A stretch of 18,332 bases of DNA from positions 1-18,332 of the forward strand of contig NIVC01003433.1 of NCBI GenBank assembly GCA_002269645.1. The letters run 5' to 3'. This DNA comes from Macrostomum lignano (taxonomy: Eukaryota). This document shows, piece by piece, positions 11,001-18,332 of the stretch. Below the pieces are notes generated by a model. It was not told where the DNA came from. It ran no database searches and was given only the letters and a program-made list of their open reading frames with translations. Position numbers and translations under genes: made by a program. The number at the start of each line of letters is the position of its first letter. Within the stretch, counting starts at the first letter, position 1.

Positions 11001-11788
11001 AATCGGACACTGATATTTCCCTTAAATTTGTACAGATCTGCAGTGGGCTGCTCGCAGTCTATCTGAGCACGCAGGTTTGCACCTATGTCGGCGGCTGTCC
11101 TCAGGTGTCTGGTCAGCTCCACGGAGTGCACAGTCTTTAAGTTGGACTCGCCGTCTAAGTTAGCTGTCGTTATGCGACATTCTCCTACAAGCGGACCAAT
11201 GATGCTAAACTTTAAGCTATTTTCCTGAAAAAAAGTATAGAACTAAGTGTATTTTCTTATAGGCTCACCTGTGTCCTCAGATGACGAAAGCAGAATCAGG
11301 TCACAGGGAAAGCTTTCATTTTGATGTATCCGTACAACATCGCCAACCTGAATCTCTAGGGACTTTATATCAACTAATCGATTCTCCCTGACAACTTTAA
11401 CAGGAGCCAAATTTACTGTGTCGTCAGACTTGTGCCTCAGAATGTCTTCGTAGGCCTGTTTGACTGCAGTGGCACCGAGCACAAAAGCCAGAGGCACAAA
11501 TGATGAGGTTGGGCTCACCGGAGCATCAATAAGCAATTGAGTTGTGGCCGCAATTAAAAAGTAAAAGTTGGCTACGCGAGTGAATTGTTCCAACATATTC
11601 TTTATTAGAAAGTTGTAGACAGTGTAGCGAGATGTGACAACCCGATTGTCTGGATATAATTGTCCTTCTAGTAGTGCATCACTCAATCCGATGCGCTTGT
11701 GGTTGACGAAGACAGTTCTGAACTCTCCATAGAAGACAGGTTTTTGCACGCCGAAGAAGGCTAAAAGGTTCTCAAGCCATCGGTGCAT
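7825..11788 (-). CDS. ATP11: P4-type ATPase phospholipid flippase, ATP11-like; exons 11788-11269, 11184-9747, 9486-8137, then probably 8057-7977 and 7899-7825 (about 1154 aa), or read-through to the stop at 8089 (about 1118 aa)
   Basis: Motifs VVTSRYT, FYFL..TQLLIDAPVSP..PL, KQAYEDILRHKSD, TANLDGESNLK, DKTGTLTEN (10448-10462), YQASSPDE, FDSERKCMS, TKGAE, TAIEDELQ, VWVLTGDKRETA, CCRCTPLQK, IGDGANDVS/MI and GIGIFGKEG. The TM1-2 signature matches ATP11 rather than ATP8/ATP10. Intron phases (1, 2, 0, 0) all reconcile. One missing base at about 8980. Confidence 0.95.
8137..9486 (-). CDS. ATP11: ATP11-like coding exon 3 (P domain, TM5-10), containing a 1-nt deletion at about 8980
   Basis: SIEQGLEALGLTAIEDELQPGV...GDGANDVS, then one-base shift to MIREAHVGIG...LAIRFLQDW; putative phase-0 donor AAT|gtttgt at 8136. 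Confidence 0.93.
9747..11184 (-). CDS. ATP11: ATP11-like coding exon 2 (A domain, TM3-4, P and N domains)
   Basis: Starts G|GA-ECRITTANLDGESN; ends TAC AT|gtgagt at 9746; 260-bp intron to ccag|9486. Confidence 0.95.
11269..11788 (-). CDS. ATP11: ATP11-like coding exon 1 (N-terminus, TM1-2, start of the A domain)
   Basis: ATG at 11788; donor AG|gtgag at 11268; 84-bp intron to ttgtag|11184. Confidence 0.93.
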
Positions 11789-13899
11789 TTTTGGCAGTTT
11801 CTAATGTCGAAGAATTTATGTAGTTTTAGCTCGTAACTATAAAGCGTTTATAGTTGACCTGAAAATGTTCGAGTACATGTGGAATTTTAATTTATGCAGA
11901 GATAAGCCACCTAGAAAAATTGATACGAATCAATGATTTTCTGGTAATGCTGTATGTGCAAATTTGCTCGTACCTGAAGGCACTACACTCAGATATTCAC
12001 ATCAGATTTTTTTCGATTGTTCAATTAGTCCAAATAGAAATTTGGTTGCCATTGGTCATTGGCTTGCGAATTTACGATGGATAATTCTCTGCTGTTAAAA
12101 TTCATGAAATTGTTGCGATGTGGAGTTCTGTAATAGTATGTCAGTCCGTCATCGTGTAGTATGCTTGTTGATGGAGTTCGAATTTCAAGTGGTATTAATT
12201 AAGAATGGATTTCACTTACCTTCAAGTTCTTACAAATGCTTTATTATTGAGTTTATTCAAAAACAACAAAAATGTGCAGATTTGCTGCCAAAAAAGAAAA
12301 CGGTACCATCTATTGGTACGGAGCTAGCTGGTTTTGTGAATTTAAATCACTGCCAAAAACTGATGCCGCTATTAAAACCACAAAAAAATCTGTAATAACT
12401 GAAGTAATTTTTTTCAGTGTGCACAGAGTCACTTACTTTTTTATTATGAATATCCTAAGCCCTTACGTAATTTTTTCAGTTAAAAAAGGTGATCAAAATC
12501 ATAAGTAATCATGCCAATGGTTCGTGTTGATCGGCATTTGATACCAATGGTGTTGCAACTTACTGGTGATTGTCTGATTGGAATGGCACTGCCACATCTA
12601 ACCCCTCGACTTACTTTTTCTCTGATTTACTAGGCCTATTATTTTCGACTTTTATTGATGATGCTTAAAATCTAACCAATGATTCTAGCGGTCTGTTGGC
12701 TTGGCTGTGTGGTGTTGTTGCTAGTCATTGGGACTCAGTCATGCTAAGTTGTTATTGCTAGCGATGACGATTAGACTAGTTAACTTGACTTAGGACTAAT
12801 TCAGTAGATTTCTTTTTGCATTATTTGGCTAAAAAGTAACTCATAACGAGTTATTTAGCAGAAATGCATAAATCACTATGTATGCTAGGAACTTAGTACC
12901 TACTTGCTATTGTCCTAGTGATTAATTGCAAAGCTATAGGAGTAGGAAGCTACAGCTTCTAATGTTTTGGCATTTGGAGTCTAGTTGGGCTTACTTTAGG
13001 CATATTTCTACATCATTAGCTATACATTTTTAATAAGCCTATTAGTATTATATTAATTACTGTAAATTTTTAAGACTCATACATATAATAGGCCTTAAGG
13101 CTTTAATCTAATTTAACAAGGCCTATTTTAAACTTAAATCAAAGACAACTAAAACACTTAGGTCTAGGACACAAAATAAGCAAAATCATAATAAAAAAGT
13201 TAAGTTAGAGGCAGTTAAAATTGTTGGCAACCAGTTTTTTATATATTAAATAGGCTGCATAGGCCTACATTACAATTAATGATCAGCTTGGTTGTTTAAA
13301 AGACTAAGGTCCCATTTCTATTATTTTTGCTTCAAAAGGTTTAGTAGAAAGTTCTCTTAAAGGTTTTTTAAATATTAAATATTTTCTCATTTTCTTTGAC
13401 TTTTAGTAGGCCTAGTATTAGTAAAAAAAAGCTATATTGTTGTAGGTGTCTTTACTATTATTGTATTTTTATTCCGCTATGCCACCAAGTTGTCGCAGGG
13501 ATATTTCTGTCTGTTAAGATCCCACTGCTGTTACCAAGTTGTACCAGGGGGTGTTTAACTATTGTAGACTATCCTACCGATGTCACCAAGTTGTCGTAGG
13601 GCTATCCACTTCCTAGTTTATAATCACGCTGCTGCTTTAAGTTGTTGTAATTTAGAATAGTTATTACTCCATAAAATTACTTAGTCAATTATTGTTTCTT
13701 AGAAAACATTAGGTCTAGAATTCTAATCTAAGGACTCCTTGAATCTATGCAAGTCGCCCTGGTAGCAGTGTCGAGCGGCAAACACTGGTCTACATGTAGT
13801 TATGAATCTCACTACTATTATTATTACTACTATTAATTCCCTATATTTAGTTGCAGGCTCCCTGGGAAGGAGTTGCCCGACTCGTCAACCGTCTATTTT

Positions 13900-14132
13900 T
13901 GGCTTCTCACAGCTTTCCTGGCCTCTTACGGCTTTTTCTGGCTTCTTACAGCTTTCCTGGCCTCTTACGGCTTTTTCTGGCTTCTTACAGCTTTCCTGGC
14001 CTCTTACGGCTTTTTCTGGCTTCTTACAGCTTTCCTGGCCTCTTACGGCTTTTTCTGGCTTCTTACAGCTTTCCTGGCCTCTTACGGCTTTTTCTGGCTT
14101 CTTACAGCTTTTCTTACTTCTAACAGCTTTCT
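13900..14132. repeat. 39-bp minisatellite (TGGCTTCTTACAGCTTTCCTGGCCTCTTACGGCTTTTTC)n, about 6 copies
   Basis: Unit read directly; built from two related 19/20-bp halves. Confidence 0.96.
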
Positions 14133-15598
14133 CTCCTGTCTTGCTTTCCAGTGACTAAGACAACACATTTTGCTTTCTTAACCGAATCAAGGAAACGGTT
14201 ATATGAAGGAAACGGAAAATGTGGTTTTAAAGCCCGAAAAACGCTTGTATTTATAGTCTCAAAAAGGGGAGGTGGGGTGCGCGGGTCGTGAATAAACAAA
14301 TTTCTTTATAGCGGTTTAACAAAATAATTTTCCCAAATAAAACAAACCCATTAAAACAAAGATTTCGTTCTAACAAAAATGCGTTGTTAAGCGTAGTTTG
14401 GCGGAAATTTAAAATCATGGTTATGTGAATATTAAACACATCGGGCCTGCCTCAATATTATAGAGTACAATATTTAAGCACATAAGAAAAACACAAAGAA
14501 AAGGTTTAAACTCAATATAGTATCTATAAAATTATAAAATCAAACTCAATATAACCTAATACAAGTTAGTTTGCCAGACATATATAGTACAATATGTAGA
14601 ATATAGCCTACAAGGTATAGGGTACACTGGTACAGTGCAGTTTACTACTACTGTCTGCAATGCTACATAAGTAAATAAATGAATGATAAATCAATAGCAA
14701 AAGAGTGAGAGCAGAAGAAAAGGAAGAGAAATAAGGTACTTCCATTTTTCAATAAGCTTAAACACACAAAGTGTGCTATCCCCTCTCCTTGTCCTTCAGT
14801 GTGGTGGTGCATAGGTAAGTCACAACTAAGTTGTACCAAATGGATGAAATTTTGAGGTTGGGCATATATAACCTATCTAAGAAGAAACTCATATGAAGGT
14901 CTATAATTATATAGAAAAAACTGGGGTTGGGGTATTAAGTGCAGATATATATTTAAGCATGGGATAAATGGGCCTATGAAAAGAAAAAAGTTAAAAAATC
15001 TAAAATGATGCTTAAGCAAGGCAACTTGTACTTGAAGAATAGAATATATAAAGAATTAGTATTAAATAGAATACATTTTAGGAAGAACCCAGATAAGAAA
15101 CAACTGAACTATATATGAAAGAATTTAGTTTAGAAAATTAATAATTCCAAAGTTGAATATTTAAAAATATACTGCAAATTCATTGGCCTCCTAGTTTATA
15201 AGTCTCAAATCAAAACTAACATATGCATCATAAATATATAAATAGAAAAGTTTGGGGTAAAAAAACTTGAATTAAAAGTGTTTTATCTACATTGAATAAA
15301 AATAAGTAGACTTACCAAGAATGATAGCAATCAATGTATGCTTATCAATTTCTAAATCCTTGACAACTACTTAGAATATTACCCATTTGTAAAAAGTATA
15401 TACTAAATCTTAAATTAAAAATTAAAAATTATATATGATGCATTAGTAGCTCATATTGCTTTTTAAAATACTTTAAATGCTTTAACTTGCATTAAATAAG
15501 AATTTTCAAATAGAAGACATTTCCATCTAATTGTGGTAGAGTTGCTCGCTTAATTAATAGCAAATAAATAAAGCTTAAGATCAACATTTATGGCGAAA

Positions 15599-15636
15599 AC
15601 CAACGCGTTTCAACCCACTAGGGCCGTCGTCAGGGT
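15599..15636 (-). ncRNA. Minimal type I hammerhead ribozyme, identical copy in the left arm
   Basis: Exact reverse complement of 16230-16267. Confidence 0.8.
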
Positions 15637-15850
15637 ATATTTTATCACTGAACGAAACACTCAATATAAATAAGCAAACGATTGTACTATCTCAAGTGTC
15701 AAATTGAAAACGGGAGGGTAACCAATGTACGAAAAACATAAAAAACTAGGGGTTGGAGTTAAGCGAGAATAATGAGAGAGAGAGAGAGAGAGAGAGAAGG
15801 CAAACAGATGTAAAAAAACAAAATGTACGCGCAACAAAAAATAGTCAAAC

Positions 15851-15958
15851 TCAAAACACCCTAAGAAGGTGGCCCACACCACTATGTAGCAATTGCACAT
15901 TGAGACTGGGATTTTGAGCTTTGATGTGCAGCACTTCAAGAATGCTAAGCTTGAATTC
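15851..15958 (-). pseudogene. C-terminal remnant of a PLE GIY-YIG endonuclease: EFKLSILEVLHIKAQNPSLNVQLLHSGVGHLLRVF*
   Basis: Hand translation (this frame is not in the ORF track). Matches the L.I.E.L.I....P.LN.Q......L..F* ending typical of endonuclease-bearing Penelope-like ORFs. Confidence 0.8.
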
Positions 15959-16229
15959 AGAGATTGAATTGAATTCAGAGAGCTACATAGTGGTGCGGGC
16001 CACCTTCTTAGGGTGTTTTGAGTTTGACTATTTTTTGTTGCGCGTACATTTTGTTTTTTTACATCTGTTTGCCTTCTCTCTCTCTCTCTCTCATTATTCT
16101 CGCTTAACTCCAACCCCTAGTTTTTTATGTTTTTTGTACATTGGTTACCCTCCCGTTTTCAATTTGACACTTGAGATAGTACAATCGTTTGCTTATTTAT
16201 ATTGAGTGTTTTGTTCAGTGATAAAATAT

Positions 16230-16267
16230 ACCCTGACGACGGCCCTAGTGGGTTGAAACGCGTTGGT
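16230..16267 (+). ncRNA. Minimal type I hammerhead ribozyme (PLE-associated)
   Basis: ACC-CTGACGA-C-GGCCC-TAGT-GGGTT-GAAA-CGCG-TT-GGT: core CUGANGA and GAAA, stem II GGCCC/GGGUU, palindromic stem III ACGCGU, stem I ACC/GGU, predicted cleavage after GUU at 16264. Confidence 0.8.
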
Positions 16268-18332
16268 TTTCGCCATAAATGTTGATCTTAAGCTTTATTT
16301 CCATCTAAATTATTAAAAATAAAATGATTAAACTTAGTAATTTGGTCACAATAGACAAAGAAGCTAAGAAATAAGCAAAGAAATCTATATTAGCATTATT
16401 TTGGTTTTTAGCAATGCCACATGCTATACTAGTGCTAATGGCTCATTCCATATAAGCACGGTTGTAACATGACAGGCTATTTTTACTTATAATATGAAAT
16501 CTAATAATAGAATATACTAAACCAATATTTTAAATGAAAGATTATTTTGTCTAGAATATATTTATAGAGTTTCATATAGATATCATCATTAGTATAGATG
16601 CTATTAAACCTTAAATGACACTTATGGTCGTAACCACATTTGACATATATAAACTAAAAGATAAAAGTCTTACAACATTTTTCATTTTTGATATTTTGCA
16701 ATACATTTTTAAAATTTGACTAAGAACATCTGTAGAAATCATACTCTTTTATTAGAATATATAAACTCAAAAGGCAACAAAGATACAAAAAAGGCAGCCT
16801 TATGGTCGTAACATTATGGTTGTAACATATTTTTTTCTGTCAATTCAGTAACTGAGGTACTAATACATAAAAAATATAATCGATTATTTGGTCACCAATG
16901 ATTTTATCTGATGATGCAAGTACTATACTTTTATCTATAGTTTGTTTCAACCTTCAAAAGCTTTCTATTTGTTTTTAAAAGGTACAAAATCTTAATGGTG
17001 TCTTTTGCTTTGAAAAATGTCCAAATTTTTACAAAGATGACTTTTTGCTAATTGATCCAACATTTAATCTAATACTAATCCAACATTTTACCACTCCTTT
17101 ATTCTTAGATTGTATATATTGCACATAAAAACAGTTGGTAAAAATAGGCTAATAAGGCAATGGCAAGCAAAAATATTGACTTTTTTCTATTTTCCAAATG
17201 TCTATCTTATATGGAATGAGCCTAATGGCTATATATTAGTAGTAGTAGCACTGTGTGTATTGCTTAGCCTAGTCATTTCCTAGTCTGCTCATGCGCATAT
17301 TATATGCATATTACACACATCAATTGTGCATAATATACATATAATTAATGCATGGGAAACACATTTTGTGTCACTTTATATAAATTTATGCGCATATAGA
17401 TATACGCAAAATACACAAATAAGTTACACATAAAATGTATATTTTATATACACTTTACACAAATAATATCCACATATGTGTATTATTATTCCATTAAATA
17501 CACAACTAAAAGATAATAATTAAGGCATAGATATTGCATGTCAGGCTTTTTTTAATAGATGGAGGCTTGCAAAATGCGCCGGTAAATTTCTTATAAGTTG
17601 ATATTGATATTGGTATTGGTATAAGTTGAAAACTAATAATACACTCATAGATATATTTAAATAGATATACATATACAAGAAGCAAATTCATTGTTTTAAA
17701 TTGATAGTGAACAAAACAATAGAGATATTTAGAAGTCTACTAACAGGATATAGAAAATTACAATAGACCCCTACTTTAAAGCCTTGCTGTAGACCATGAT
17801 AGAAGTCTGTGGCAACACCCTGCAGCTTTAGCAGGCTGGCAAGACATGCTCTATGCATATCCACATATGCTATAATGCCAAGCAAGTCTTCTAAGCAGAC
17901 AATGATTGGCTTGGAAGCCATGGTAATACAATAATAGATAGGAGAGCTAGTCAGACAAATCAACTAGCTTACCAAAGCCAATTGCCGACTAGGATGTCCC
18001 CACTTGCCAACAGGCTGAGATGCCAAAATGCTTTGAGGAGGGCAACCAGAGAAAGACTCTAGACCAGCTAACAAAATTGTAGCAAGGACTGATTATTGAC
18101 CTACTGATTGAAACTGATTCCTCAATCATGTGTAGCATGAAACCCAATGGTATAAGGGTAAACCCAACCTCCCTCCACTTCTCTATCTTATCTCTCTGCT
18201 TCTATTGCTGCTTTTGTGTATGAGGGTCATCCTAAAAGTTCTTTGTATCACACTGAATTCCTATAAACTTCCTAATAAAATAAAAATCTTAAACTCCTAT
18301 AAACTGGCACCAATTTTAAAGAAACTGCACAC

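Larger units (their letters stand above)
15531..16300 (-). mobile_element. 5'-truncated Penelope-like retroelement (PLE) insertion with inverted pseudo-LTRs
   Basis: Inverted arms 15566-15890 and 15982-16300. The spacer plus left arm on the minus strand encodes a PLE GIY-YIG C-terminus. Each arm carries a hammerhead motif. There is a 35-bp unpaired 3' tail (15531-15565) and a flanking direct repeat (ATTT)CCATCTAA at 15519-15530 and 16297-16308. Confidence 0.85.
12780..18332. other. AT-rich, strongly CpG-depleted domain of decayed repeats or transposon remnants (families not identifiable by eye)
   Basis: No CpG found by eye at 14444-15546 or about 12850-13474, and only one at about 17600-18332. 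No convincing ORFs; dispersed short repeated motifs. Confidence 0.6.

Noticed and set aside
8264-11140. Antisense and off-frame ORFs overlapping ATP11 (for example 8854-9522, 10055-10471, 10889-11140)
   Set aside because: Shadow ORFs of GC-rich coding sequence; the ATP11 frame explains the region.
12120-12508. ORFs 12120-12395 and 12272-12508
   Set aside because: AT-rich, non-ATG or motif-free ORFs upstream of ATP11; most likely promoter, intron or repeat DNA.
13481-13601. CRISPR array
   Set aside because: Eukaryotic context, only three imperfect repeats, partly similar spacers, and no cas genes or leader.
15566-16300. MITE or foldback DNA transposon with long TIRs; ORFs 15661-16113 and 15921-16205 as proteins
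   Set aside because: The asymmetric tail, GIY-YIG C-terminus and hammerheads favour a Penelope-like retroelement. The listed ORFs are off-frame, UTR-derived readings.

Overview
Eukaryotic (metazoan invertebrate) genomic DNA; no bacterial genes, RNA genes or CRISPR array were found. GC-rich exons, short introns and many unrelated minisatellites resemble a free-living flatworm such as Macrostomum, but that identity is only an inference. The left two-thirds (1-12,000) holds three genes among tandem repeats: a hidden spliced gene for an uncharacterised EF-hand-like protein (+, 1344-3616, broken by single-base homopolymer indels), a single-ORF PH-like-domain gene with a TATA box (+, 6385-6852), and an intron-poor ATP11-type P4-ATPase lipid flippase (-, 11788 to about 7825). 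The flippase has one frameshift, an unusual PIAL motif in TM4 and probable alternative C-termini. The right third (about 12,800-18,332) is AT-rich, decayed repeat DNA almost devoid of CpG. It contains a young 770-bp Penelope-like retroelement insertion (15531-16300) with a GIY-YIG C-terminal remnant, inverted pseudo-LTRs, a minimal hammerhead ribozyme in each arm, a 35-bp tail and a target-site duplication. All three substitutions between its two arms are CpG transitions, pointing to repeat-targeted cytosine methylation/deamination.
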